From Candidatus Bathyarchaeia archaeon (GTDB lineage Archaea; Thermoproteota; Bathyarchaeia; Bathyarchaeales; Bathycorpusculaceae): a DNA stretch of 64,000 nt. The notes below the pieces were generated by a model. That model did not search any database. It saw only the letters and a program-made list of their open reading frames with translations, and had not been told where the DNA came from. The position numbers and the translations under genes are program-made. Positions 49,624-59,173 of this stretch are shown piece after piece. Every line of letters starts with the position of its first letter. Positions within the stretch are counted from its first letter, which is position 1. The stretch spans positions 26,524 to 90,523 of the forward strand of contig JBMFOB010000003.1 in the NCBI GenBank assembly GCA_049969855.1, in the 5' to 3' direction.

Positions 49624-50518
49624 TAGCAGTTTGTATGGCTATCTCTAAAACCCGATTTTCAGTTAAATTATCAATTTTAAGATAATAAGAGGCTATGTCA
49701 ATAAGCGTTTTAAGCGGAGCCATACCGCAAAATTCTGAACCTAAAATTGGAACGTTATAGCGGGCAGCCTCCACCTTGAGCACTTCGAAAACACGGTAAA
49801 GCGGCGTCTTTTCAAAATCGCTTATACTCATACCTATCTGCGTAATGTTCTTCTCTGGAATATAAGCAGCCATGGCTTTAACGTTTGAAAAGCCGCCCTT
49901 CTTGGCATGCAAAGCCTTAGCAATTTTTTTGGCAACATTCAAATCTGCAGTGCCGATGTTAACGTTAAAGCCAGCCATAACCTTCCGCGCACCAGTTATT
50001 GTGGCGCCAGCCGTTGGATGAGGCTTAGCTGGACCGAAATCTGGTTTGCGTTCAGGCTTAACAATATTTTCAGCTAAGCGTTCATATTCGCCTTCCCTTA
50101 TCCAATCCAAATCCTTCCGCTCACTTTTTGAAGCAGCTTCACCGTAAAGATAAACTGGAACAGCGCATTTTTCCGCTAAGGTTTTTCCAAAATTTTTTGC
50201 AAGAGTAACGCAGTCTTCTATTGTAACATTTTTTATGGGTATAAACGGAACTACATCAACAGCGCCTATGCGTGGATGCTGCCCCTTATGTTTTCGCATG
50301 TCAATCAGTTCTATGGCTTTAAAGGCGGATTTCAAAGCAGCCTCAAACACCGATTTCTTATCACCAACAAAGGAAACAACTAGGCGGTTGTAGTAGTCGT
50401 CGAAAGTATAGTCTAAAAGAAAAGCATTCTTGGTCGCCTTAATTTCTTTAAGGATTAAATCAACAATTTTAGGGTCTGAAGTGCTGAAGTTTGGCACGCA
50501 CTCAATTATTTCTTTCGT
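49598..50518 (-). CDS. ftcd: Glutamate formimidoyltransferase (FTCD formiminotransferase domain)
   Basis: KEIIECVPNFS, NRLVV, HKGQHPRIGAVDVVPF, PDFGP..HPTAGA; extended to ACG 50518 to include the conserved IIEC. Confidence 0.9.
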   Translation of the reverse strand, partial: TKEIIECVPNFSTSDPKIVDLILKEIKATKNAFLLDYTFDDYYNRLVVSFVGDKKSVFEAALKSAFKAIELIDMRKHKGQHPRIGAVDVVPFIPIKNVTIEDCVTLAKNFGKTLAEKCAVPVYLYGEAASKSERKDLDWIREGEYERLAENIVKPERKPDFGPAKPHPTAGATITGARKVMAGFNVNIGTADLNVAKKIAKALHAKKGGFSNVKAMAAYIPEKNITQIGMSISDFEKTPLYRVFEVLKVEAARYNVPILGSEFCGMAPLKTLIDIASYYLKIDNLTENRVLEIAIQTAIEKGGEFE

Positions 50519-50658
50519 TACGCCTTCCCCCTTTAAAGCACGCTAACTCTTAAGCAAGCCTTTACTATCAAAATAGAAGACTTATATGTGTTTAACCAGA
50601 AACTTACCAAATTCAAAACAACCAATTATGGTTTTAATCCATAACGGAGAGGAAAGGC

Positions 50659-51255
50659 TTGGGCTCGGAACTTGAGTTTGAAGTTCCAACATGGAACCAA
50701 ATATACAATATGCTTTTGAATTTAGCGGATAAAATCCGAAAAAACGGTTTCAAACCAGACATAATTGTGGGCGTTTCCAGAGGAGGGTGGCCCCCAGCCA
50801 GAGTCCTTTCAGATTTGATGGATAATCCTAACTTGGCAAATGTGAGAGCCGAATTCTATTTGGGAGTGGCGGAGACAAAGGGCGAGCCAACCTTGACGCA
50901 GCCTGTTTCTGTGGATGTTTCTGGAAAAAAGGTGCTTGTCGTTGATGAGATTGCAGATACTGGTAAAAGTTTGAAGTTGGTTAAAGAACACATTGTCAAA
51001 CAAGGCGCCAGAGAAGTCAAAATAGCCACAGTCTATTACAAGCCTTGGAGCATAATCAAACCAGACTACTACGAGAAAGAAACAAGCCGCTGGGTGGTTT
51101 TTCCATGGGAGATAAAGGAGACTGTTCACAAAATCGTTAAAAAATGCAAGGAAAAAGGAAAATCTGTAGAAAGCGAAACTGTAAAACTTGTGAAGGCTGG
51201 AATACCCAAAAAGCTTGTTGACAGGTTTTTGAAGGAAATAGTTGGAGAAGCATGA
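50659..51255 (+). CDS. Purine phosphoribosyltransferase
   Basis: GVSRGG, VLVVDEIADTGKSL, WVVFPWE. Confidence 0.9.
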   Translation: MGSELEFEVPTWNQIYNMLLNLADKIRKNGFKPDIIVGVSRGGWPPARVLSDLMDNPNLANVRAEFYLGVAETKGEPTLTQPVSVDVSGKKVLVVDEIADTGKSLKLVKEHIVKQGAREVKIATVYYKPWSIIKPDYYEKETSRWVVFPWEIKETVHKIVKKCKEKGKSVESETVKLVKAGIPKKLVDRFLKEIVGEA

Positions 51256-51822
51256 ATGCTTAAGCAAATAAAAGAATTTGAGAAATACATCATAATAACG
51301 GGTTTTAAAAATGTTAAAATCGGGGATGCTGAAGAATTTTTAAAAATAATAAATGATGAGAAGCCTCCAAGCGTTGAAATCCAATTTTTCGATGCAAGCC
51401 TTATTGCCACATGGCAACACCTTTACTTCGCAGCTTTAAACGCTTTAACGGCATTCAGAAACAAGGAGAATATTTCAAAAAGCCTCGCCATGGAAACACT
51501 GCTTTACGCTTCCGCACAACGCCAAATCAAAAAAGCCATGGAAATCATGGGAATTAAGGCAAACACTTCAGAAATGGCGGTTCTGATTATCGGAGAAAAA
51601 CCCGCCACGCTGAAATCAGCGTTACAAGTGGTTTTAAGGCATATTAACGCAGAACAAGACGACGCAGTTCTTGGTTTGTCAAAAAGGAAAAATGAGCTTA
51701 TCCGAACAACTTTTGGAATTTCAGAAGTGGAGCTTAAAACAGTCATGAAGAAGAATGGTTTAGAAGATGCCTTAACAAGTCTTGTCATTGAACGAATGGC
51801 ACTGTTGGCAACCCAGCGTTAA
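51256..51822 (+). CDS. cgi121: KEOPS complex subunit Cgi121
   Basis: NISKSLAMETLLYASAQRQI.KA...G. Confidence 0.9.
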   Translation: MLKQIKEFEKYIIITGFKNVKIGDAEEFLKIINDEKPPSVEIQFFDASLIATWQHLYFAALNALTAFRNKENISKSLAMETLLYASAQRQIKKAMEIMGIKANTSEMAVLIIGEKPATLKSALQVVLRHINAEQDDAVLGLSKRKNELIRTTFGISEVELKTVMKKNGLEDALTSLVIERMALLATQR

Positions 51823-52374
51823 CTATAATATTTTTTCCTTCACAACCGCCAAGATTTCATCAGGTTTTATTACAGACAAGCCAGTTAATCCGCCAACAAC
51901 CTCAATCAAAAGGATTTTGTCAGGATTGTTTAGGTTAACTTCCCTTTCAATGTTTGCTGCAGCAGCCTCAACAATGTCTAGTGTGGAAGTTTCCGTAAAA
52001 CGCTTTTCAACAGTGACACGGAAGGTTTCGTTTTTTCCAATTTTTGAGCCTATTTCCGTTGCGGCTCTTTGGATTTCGCCCAAATCTGTGCGGACAACCT
52101 TTTCAATTGGGATTATTCTAAGCGTATAGCGAAACTCGTAGGGGCGTTCGCGCAAGATTTTGCGAAGCTTTTCAATAACCTCAAAGGGGTTAAAGGCTGT
52201 TTTTGCAGCCACTAAACCAGAAACTCCAGTCTTATCAACAGTAGGCGCAGAATCGCCTATTTCTCCAAGCAAATACCACAATTCCGAACACGCTTCATCC
52301 TCATTTCCCCGGGATGTTGTGGCTAAAAGGTTAAAATCTCTAAGCATAACACGCACCTTCTTGGAATTTATCAC
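51823..52374 (-). CDS. THUMP-domain RNA-binding protein
   Basis: LRIIPI, TFRVTVEKR, VNLNNPD....IEV. Confidence 0.88.
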   Translation of the reverse strand: MINSKKVRVMLRDFNLLATTSRGNEDEACSELWYLLGEIGDSAPTVDKTGVSGLVAAKTAFNPFEVIEKLRKILRERPYEFRYTLRIIPIEKVVRTDLGEIQRAATEIGSKIGKNETFRVTVEKRFTETSTLDIVEAAAANIEREVNLNNPDKILLIEVVGGLTGLSVIKPDEILAVVKEKIL

Positions 52375-52416
52375 ATTATTATTTGTCTTATAAGTAAATT
52401 TAACGTTTCAAGGATT

Positions 52417-52479
52417 GGTCAGCGCAGGTTAGTGGCTTTTTCACAGCTTTTGGCTCCCAGCCGTCGCCTCACATCATCC
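52417..52479 (-). ncRNA. Candidate box C/D guide sRNA
   Basis: Minus strand GG-AUGAUGU(C)-GAGGCGACGG-CUGG(D')...UGUGAA(C')-AAAGCCACUAACCUGCG-CUGA(D)-CC; about 63 nt, intergenic, GC-rich. Confidence 0.65.
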
Positions 52480-52596
52480 CAAAAATACTATTATCATCCC
52501 ACAAATTTATCCGTTTTGAAATTTTAAAGCAACATGCTTAAATTTTGGCAATGAAACTTCACTAATCTAAAATAAGAAAGGAAAAGGCGAAAAACT

Positions 52597-53553
52597 ATGC
52601 AAAGAAAACCAGCCATAGCAGTTCACGGAGGAGCAGGAACTTGGCAGCCAGAAAGAAGCCAAGCAGGTTTGGAAGGAGTTAAAAAAGCCGCAAAAAAAGG
52701 TTTTGAAATATTAAAAAATGATGGAAGCGCTCTGGACAGCGTTATGGAAGCCGTCGCAGTTTTGGAAGATGAAGGAGCCTTTAATGCTGGTTACGGATCC
52801 ACCCTAACCATAGAAAAGGGAATAGAAATGGAAGCATCAATTATGGATGGAAAAACATTGCAAGCAGGCGCTGTGGGACTTTTGAAAGACATTAAGAATC
52901 CCGTTCGCTTGGCGAGAATTGTTATGGAAAAAACAGACCACGTGTTCGTGGTTGGTCCAGGCGCGGAAAAACTTGCAAAAATCTTCAACTTGGAGAGAAG
53001 AAACCCGATGACTGAGCTTAGGTTAAAATATCATGAAGATCAGAAAAGAGCGTTGCTTGATGGAAAATTTGAACTCCCAAAACTGTATGATTTAATTAAA
53101 AATTATCCAGAAATGTTTGAGCTTGAAACTGTTGGGGCAGTTGCCATAGACAAAAAGGGGAATGTTGCAGCAGCAACCTCCACTGGGGGTTTTCCATTAA
53201 AACTGCCTGGACGAATTGGAGATTCCCCACTTATTGGATGCGGCACATATGCGGATAACCAAGCTGGAGCATGCTCAGCCACAGGCGTCGGCGAAATAGC
53301 GATAAGGCTTACATTGGCAAAGACTGTTTGCAATTATATGGAAAGCGGAAAGTCGGCGCAAGAGGCTGTTGAAATGGCAATAAGCCTTGTCAACAAAAAA
53401 TTGCCGACAATTTATAATAGTATGGGGTTAATCGCCGTTGACGCTTATGGAAGAGTTGGCGCAGCCCATAACTCGCCGAACTTATGTTGGGCGTATATAA
53501 CATCAGAAATGAAGGAGCCAGTGGTCTCTTTAACAGCTAAAATAGTAAAATAA
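52597..53553 (+). CDS. Isoaspartyl peptidase/L-asparaginase (Ntn hydrolase)
   Basis: VHGGAG, FNAGYG, E|TVGAVA, ATSTGG, GRIGDSP, ATGVGE. Confidence 0.95.
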   Translation: MQRKPAIAVHGGAGTWQPERSQAGLEGVKKAAKKGFEILKNDGSALDSVMEAVAVLEDEGAFNAGYGSTLTIEKGIEMEASIMDGKTLQAGAVGLLKDIKNPVRLARIVMEKTDHVFVVGPGAEKLAKIFNLERRNPMTELRLKYHEDQKRALLDGKFELPKLYDLIKNYPEMFELETVGAVAIDKKGNVAAATSTGGFPLKLPGRIGDSPLIGCGTYADNQAGACSATGVGEIAIRLTLAKTVCNYMESGKSAQEAVEMAISLVNKKLPTIYNSMGLIAVDAYGRVGAAHNSPNLCWAYITSEMKEPVVSLTAKIVK

Positions 53554-53677
53554 GCGTCTAAAAGCATGTTAGAAACAGCCTTCTTGATTTTTATTCTCGA
53601 CGGTTGACGAACAAAAATGTTTAAAATATTGTTAGGCATGCTTCCTTAAGCACTAAAACTGAAAAGGAGGTGAAAAA

Positions 53678-53755
53678 GTGCGAGAGGAAGAGGAATGGGA
53701 AGAGGAAGAATGGGAAGAGGGTGAAGAAGAAGAGTGGGAAGAAGAAGAATGGTGA
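53678..53755 (+). CDS. Putative 25-aa acidic Trp-repeat micropeptide
   Basis: SD AGGAGGTG, 5 nt spacer, GTG; MREEEEWEEEEWEEGEEEEWEEEEW*. Confidence 0.65.
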   Translation: MREEEEWEEEEWEEGEEEEWEEEEW

Positions 53756-53880
53756 GAAATGCAAGTATGCTCCCAAGTTTTTGCAACTTTTCTTTGAGAG
53801 GTTCATGAATGTTTTAAAATTTTTCTGGGTTCATGTTTATATTAACCTAACAGTTATGAGCATTCATTAGCGGTTTAACC

Positions 53881-55668
53881 ATGACGAGAGTTGCAGTGTT
53901 AGATGCTTACAAGTGCAAACCAAAACGTTGCGGTAGACTATGCTATCGCTTTTGCCCCATAGTGCGCACTCACGTTGAAGCCATAAGATTTGAAAATGAC
54001 AAGCCCGTAATTGTGGAGTCCCTTTGCACAGGATGCGGAATATGCGTAAAAAAATGCCCATTCAAAGCCATATCCATAGTTAATCTCCCAGACGAATTAG
54101 AAAAAGAGTGCAGCCACCGCTTCGGAGAAAACACCTTCAAACTCTACAGACTACCAACACCTTCGCCTGGCACAGTTTTAGGACTGCTTGGACAGAATGG
54201 AATAGGAAAAACAACAACTCTCAAAATATTTTCTGGAGAAATAAAATTAAACCTTGGAAACTACAAGGAACCGCCAAGTTGGGATGAGATAATACGCCAT
54301 TACAGAGGCTCAACCCTTCAAGAATATTTCCAAAAAATGGCTGAAGAAAAACTAAAGGTTTCGCACAAGCCACAGTATGTGGACAAAATTCCGAAAGTTG
54401 TTTCTGGAAACGTTGGAGAACTGCTGGAAAAAGTGGATGAAAGAAAGAAATTGGACAAAATTGCAGAGCAACTTGAACTTAAACAACTTTGGAACAGACC
54501 CCTCGAAGTTTTAAGCGGAGGCGAACTGCAACGTGTTGCGGTTGCCGCAGCCATTTGCCGCGAAGCCGACGTTTACCTTTTCGATGAACCATCAAGCTAT
54601 TTAGATGTTAAGCAGAGGCTGGAAGTTGCCAAAGCCATAAGAAGCCTAAAAAATGATGAAAAATCAATAATCGTGGCAGAACATGATTTAGCCATACTGG
54701 ATTATCTGTCAGACCAAATCTGCATTTTCTATGGAGAACCAGGCGTTTACGGCATAGTCTCAAACATTCACGGCGTCAGAACAGGCATAAACATTTACCT
54801 TCAAGGCTACATTCCAGACGAAAACGTCCGCTTTAGAAAAGAAGCTGTAATATTCCATGAAAAACCACCAACTGTAAGTTTCGGCGCCGGCGAAACACTG
54901 CTGAAATGGGAAAAAATGACGAAATCATATGAAGGGTTTAAGCTTGACGTTCAACCCGGCGAAATAAAAAGAGGCGACATCATCGGAATTTTGGGACCTA
55001 ATGGAATAGGCAAAACCACTTTCGTAAAAATTTTGGCTGGAGTAGAAGAAGCTGATGGCGGAGTGAAATTTGATGCGTTAGAAGTAAGCTACAAGCCCCA
55101 ATACATATCAGCAGAATATGAAGGCACTGTTCAAGAACTTTTAATGAGTGTTGCAAAGGAAAATTTCACTTCAAGCTGGTATAGAACGGAAATTCTTCAA
55201 CCCTTAAAGATAAATTTGCTTTTGGATAGGAATGTGGCAGAACTCAGCGGCGGAGAACTGCAAAAAGTCGCCATAGCCGCATGCCTCTCCAGAAAAGCTA
55301 AACTTTACCTACTAGACGAACCAAGCGCTTACTTGGACGTGGAAGAAAGGTTGAACATGGCGAGGGCTATCCGAAGGGTTGTTGAAACCCATAACGTGGC
55401 AGCATTTGTAGTTGAACATGACGTGGTTGCACAGGATTTCATAGCTGACCGCCTCATGATTTTCACTGGAGAACCGGGAAACAGCGGCACGGCAAATTCG
55501 CCTACAAGCCTAAGGGATGGAATGAACATGTTTTTGAAAGATATGGAAGTTACCTTTAGAAGAGACCCAGCTACGAAAAGACCAAGAGTTAACAAGGAAA
55601 ACTCAAAGCTTGACAAGTTTCAAAAACAAATTGGAGAATACTATTATGTTCGTTCACTTCGACAATGA
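53881..55668 (+). CDS. abce1: Ribosome recycling ATPase ABCE1 (Rli1)
   Basis: N-terminal FeS domain CTGCGICVKKCP; two ABC cassettes (NGIGKTT, LSGGELQ); RPRVNK. Confidence 0.97.
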   Translation: MTRVAVLDAYKCKPKRCGRLCYRFCPIVRTHVEAIRFENDKPVIVESLCTGCGICVKKCPFKAISIVNLPDELEKECSHRFGENTFKLYRLPTPSPGTVLGLLGQNGIGKTTTLKIFSGEIKLNLGNYKEPPSWDEIIRHYRGSTLQEYFQKMAEEKLKVSHKPQYVDKIPKVVSGNVGELLEKVDERKKLDKIAEQLELKQLWNRPLEVLSGGELQRVAVAAAICREADVYLFDEPSSYLDVKQRLEVAKAIRSLKNDEKSIIVAEHDLAILDYLSDQICIFYGEPGVYGIVSNIHGVRTGINIYLQGYIPDENVRFRKEAVIFHEKPPTVSFGAGETLLKWEKMTKSYEGFKLDVQPGEIKRGDIIGILGPNGIGKTTFVKILAGVEEADGGVKFDALEVSYKPQYISAEYEGTVQELLMSVAKENFTSSWYRTEILQPLKINLLLDRNVAELSGGELQKVAIAACLSRKAKLYLLDEPSAYLDVEERLNMARAIRRVVETHNVAAFVVEHDVVAQDFIADRLMIFTGEPGNSGTANSPTSLRDGMNMFLKDMEVTFRRDPATKRPRVNKENSKLDKFQKQIGEYYYVRSLRQ

Positions 55669-55684
55669 AGTGGCTTGATAAAAT

Positions 55685-56107
55685 ATGGAAAAAGTTAAAG
55701 AAAACGAAAAGAAATTGCTTGAAGAAGCCTCTAAGGCGATGAATAAGGCTTATGTGCTCTGGGGCTTCAAAGTTGGCGCCGCCGTCCTTGCAGAAGATGG
55801 AAGAATTTATGAAGGCTGCAATGTTGAAAGCTGGATTTCTGGACTGGGCACATGCGCCGAAAGATGCGCCATCGACCACGCCGTTCTCCACGGCAACAGA
55901 AAAATCAAAGAAATAGCAGTGGTTATGGAGGAAGAAAATAAAAACGAACTCATACCATGCGGAGCATGCCTCCAATACATAAATGATTTCGCAAAAAATC
56001 CCAAAATTAAAATTGTCACAGCAAAAACAGAAAAAGGCAAAATCCTGTTTGAAACCGTTAAAGTAAAAAGTCTAAAAGAGCTCTTGCCCCATCCCTTCAA
56101 AAAATGA
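55685..56107 (+). CDS. cdd: Cytidine deaminase
   Basis: FKVGAA, GCNVE, CAERCAI, PCGAC. Confidence 0.9.
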   Translation: MEKVKENEKKLLEEASKAMNKAYVLWGFKVGAAVLAEDGRIYEGCNVESWISGLGTCAERCAIDHAVLHGNRKIKEIAVVMEEENKNELIPCGACLQYINDFAKNPKIKIVTAKTEKGKILFETVKVKSLKELLPHPFKK

Positions 56108-56199
56108 ATAAAAACAACCAAAAAACGTAGTTAAATTAAATAGCGAGCTGAACAATACCATAAGAATGCTGCTATTATCAAGGTGCCGGTGAAAAACAA

Positions 56200-57729
56200 G
56201 TGGTGGCCCAAACAACCTTCGAAGAAATCAGCGCTTCCGACTTTTTCTACAGAAATAGGGATATTGCTGGTTTTACTAATCCGTCTAGGGCTATTTTTGC
56301 AGCCGTAAGGGAGTTGGTGGAAAATTCTTTAGATGCTGCTGAAAACCTCAAAATTCCGCCTGAAATTTATGTTAGGCTTTCTTATGAGGGGGAAGCCAGC
56401 AAAGAAACCCAGATTTATAGGTTAAGGGTTGAAGATAATGGAATTGGGGTTCCTCCGAGGCATATACCGTCAGCTTTTGGACAGGTGCTTTATGGTTCAA
56501 AATACAAATTGAAACAGCAGAGGGGAACCTTTGGTTTAGGCGGAAAAATGGCGCTTCTTTATGGACAAATAACCACGCATCAGCCAGCCACAATAATTTC
56601 AAGCACGGGCATAACGAAAATTTACATGTATAAACTTATGATTGACATCCAAAGAAACCGCCCGCTAATCCTTGACAGAAAAATTTTACTAAACAAGGAG
56701 CAGTGGCGGGGAACAATAGTTGAATTCACATTGGAAGGCGACTATTTCAGGGCTATGCCAAAAATTCTTGACTATTTCAAACAGACGGCTATGGTGAACC
56801 CCTATGCGAACTTAACCTTTGTTGACCCAAAGGGCAGACTCTACAAATTCACAAGAATAACAAAGGAAATGCCAGAACCGCCAAAAGAAACTAAACCGCA
56901 CCCATACGGCGTTGATGTGGAACTTCTACAGAGGCTTATACAGATAACACCCCACAAAAACATGCTTGACTTTTTGAAAAACCACTTCCACAGAGTTGGC
57001 GAAGTCACAGCGCAAAAGTTTTTGGAGTTCAGCAACTTAAGCCCCTCAAAAAACCCAAAAAAGCTTACGCATGAAGAAATTGTCAGATTAATGCATATGC
57101 TCAAGAAGTTTAAGGATTTTTTGGCACCTGATGCAAGTTGCCTTTCGCCTTTGGGTGAAGAGTTGTTAAAGGCTGGTATAATGAAGGAGCTTAAACCAGA
57201 GTTTGTTGCTGTTCATCAGCGGAAACCTGCAACTTATGCTGGTCATCCCTTCATTGTTGAAGTTGGAATAGCCTATGGAGGGGAAATTCCGAAAAAGGAT
57301 GGATTCTTAATTTATCGTTTTGCTAATAGGATTCCTTTGCTTTATGATGAAGCAAGCGATGTTTCAGTTAAAGTTATTGAAGCTATGAACTGGCGCAGAT
57401 ACAAAGTTACGCCAGACATGCCAATCGCCATAATGGTTCACATTTGCAGCACGAAAGTTCCATACAAAACCGTTGGCAAAGAATTCATTGCTGACAGACC
57501 AGAAGTTAGAAGGGAAATAGCCAATGGGCTTAGGGAGGTTGCCCGCCAAATCCAACATTTCTTGACAAGAATAGAGCATGTGGATAGAGAAAAGAAAAGG
57601 TTGGGAGTTTTCAGTAAATATTTGCCAAAAATAGCCCAGTTTTCAGCCAAATTAGCGGGAAAAGAGAAGCTTCCTGACATTGACAAGTTATTAAGGAGTG
57701 TGAAACGTTTTGGAGCAGAAGAAACATAA
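56200..57729 (+). CDS. top6B: DNA topoisomerase VI subunit B
   Basis: ELVENSLDA, EDNGIG, QRG.FGLG, RFANRIPLL. Confidence 0.96.
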   Translation: MVAQTTFEEISASDFFYRNRDIAGFTNPSRAIFAAVRELVENSLDAAENLKIPPEIYVRLSYEGEASKETQIYRLRVEDNGIGVPPRHIPSAFGQVLYGSKYKLKQQRGTFGLGGKMALLYGQITTHQPATIISSTGITKIYMYKLMIDIQRNRPLILDRKILLNKEQWRGTIVEFTLEGDYFRAMPKILDYFKQTAMVNPYANLTFVDPKGRLYKFTRITKEMPEPPKETKPHPYGVDVELLQRLIQITPHKNMLDFLKNHFHRVGEVTAQKFLEFSNLSPSKNPKKLTHEEIVRLMHMLKKFKDFLAPDASCLSPLGEELLKAGIMKELKPEFVAVHQRKPATYAGHPFIVEVGIAYGGEIPKKDGFLIYRFANRIPLLYDEASDVSVKVIEAMNWRRYKVTPDMPIAIMVHICSTKVPYKTVGKEFIADRPEVRREIANGLREVARQIQHFLTRIEHVDREKKRLGVFSKYLPKIAQFSAKLAGKEKLPDIDKLLRSVKRFGAEET

Positions 57730-58801
57730 AATTAGCATGATTGAAAAGCGAAAGGAAGTTTTATCAAGTTTAGAGAATCTTGGCGTTAAAACTTATGAGC
57801 AGCTTGACAGCGGATATTTCCCATCAATAACAATGCCAAGCCGCTCCACAGAAAACATCCACTACGACTCGCAACTTAGACAATTTATTTTGGGGGATAG
57901 AACTGTTCGAAGAAGCACCCGCAATATTCGCCATTTAAAGCCTTTCACGCAGCTTATTTGGGCTGCGCTGTTTTCGCATGAGCTTACTTCGCAGAGAAAA
58001 ACTTCCACTTTAAGGGATGTTTATTATTCAGCCCAAGCCTACGAGATGACTTTCACAGACCAGGAAGAATCAAACAACATTATAACGGATTTAGAAACAG
58101 TTTTGGGATTTTCAAGAGAAGATTTCAGCATATTCCCAGAAGAACGCTCAGCAGTTTTCGGAGACCTAACAATAGAATACACAGTGCCAGGATATGAGGG
58201 AAGAACCCTAAACTTGACTTCGCACCCAGACGGCGTCCTCATTGGACCAGCTTTAACATCAGCTGAGTTTGTAAAAACAACAGCAGACAAGGTCATAGCC
58301 ATAGAAAAAGGCGGCTTATTCACACGCTTCATAGAAGAAAATGTGCACAAAAAGTTTAACGCCCTACTCATTTTAACGGCTGGACAAGCGCCGAGAGCCA
58401 CAAGACATTTTATTAGAAGATTAAACCAAGAACTGAACCTTCCAGTTTACATTTTCACAGACGGCGACCCATGGGGAATGCACATTGCCATGGTTATAAT
58501 CTCTGGTTCTGCAAATGCGGCTCACTTACGCGAGTTGAACACGCCGGACGCAAAATGGAGCGGTGTTTGGGCAACAGACATAGTGAATTATAAGTTGCCA
58601 ACAGACCCGTTGGATGAGGTGGATATGAAGAGGCTTTATGAGTTGCAGAGGGACCCACGCTACAAAGACCCACTGTGGCAAAGGGAAATTAAGACGTTTA
58701 TGAAGATTAAGAGGAAGGCGGAGCAGGAAGCCTTCAGCAGATACGGCTTAACATACATAGTTGATGAATACTTGCCTGAAAAACTTAAAATGGAAAAGTG
58801 A
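57710..58801 (+). CDS. top6A: DNA topoisomerase VI subunit A
   Basis: STLRDVYY, IEKGG, GQAPRATR, DGDPWG, KAEQEA. Confidence 0.96.
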   Translation: MEQKKHKISMIEKRKEVLSSLENLGVKTYEQLDSGYFPSITMPSRSTENIHYDSQLRQFILGDRTVRRSTRNIRHLKPFTQLIWAALFSHELTSQRKTSTLRDVYYSAQAYEMTFTDQEESNNIITDLETVLGFSREDFSIFPEERSAVFGDLTIEYTVPGYEGRTLNLTSHPDGVLIGPALTSAEFVKTTADKVIAIEKGGLFTRFIEENVHKKFNALLILTAGQAPRATRHFIRRLNQELNLPVYIFTDGDPWGMHIAMVIISGSANAAHLRELNTPDAKWSGVWATDIVNYKLPTDPLDEVDMKRLYELQRDPRYKDPLWQREIKTFMKIKRKAEQEAFSRYGLTYIVDEYLPEKLKMEK

Positions 58802-58877
58802 AGCCTAAAGGGAAATTTAAAATAACCGTTTATGTCTTTAGTTAAAAGCACATCAAAAACGAAAAGGGGACTAAAAA

Positions 58878-59077
58878 TGAGCGAAGAAGAGGGCGGTTTC
58901 GGAATAACATTGGCTGAAAAATTCTTCGGCCTATTAATCATAATTATTGGCGCAATAGCCACATACTACACGTTCACGAGTTTTAATGATTTGGGAGCCT
59001 ACACGGGATTCTTCGGATTCCTAAGCATTGTGTTGTTGGCTTTGGGAGTTCTCATGTTAATTGCAAAAACAGAATAA
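58878..59077 (+). CDS. Small 2-TM membrane protein
   Basis: MSEEEGGFG..AEKFFG followed by two hydrophobic helices. Confidence 0.65.
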
Positions 59078-59173
59078 CGCTAAATCATGCGTTTGTTAGG
59101 AATGGTTTATTTATTCTGAAATGCGTATTAAACCATTAGTTTGTTCAGCGCTAGAAAAGAGGATGTTACGGAA

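Noticed and set aside
53621-53870. Listed ORFs 53670..53870 (+, K/R-rich) and 53621..53806 (-, F-rich)
   Set aside because: Alternative readings of the purine repeat; the 53670 GTG lies inside the SD, and the correctly spaced start gives the acidic peptide
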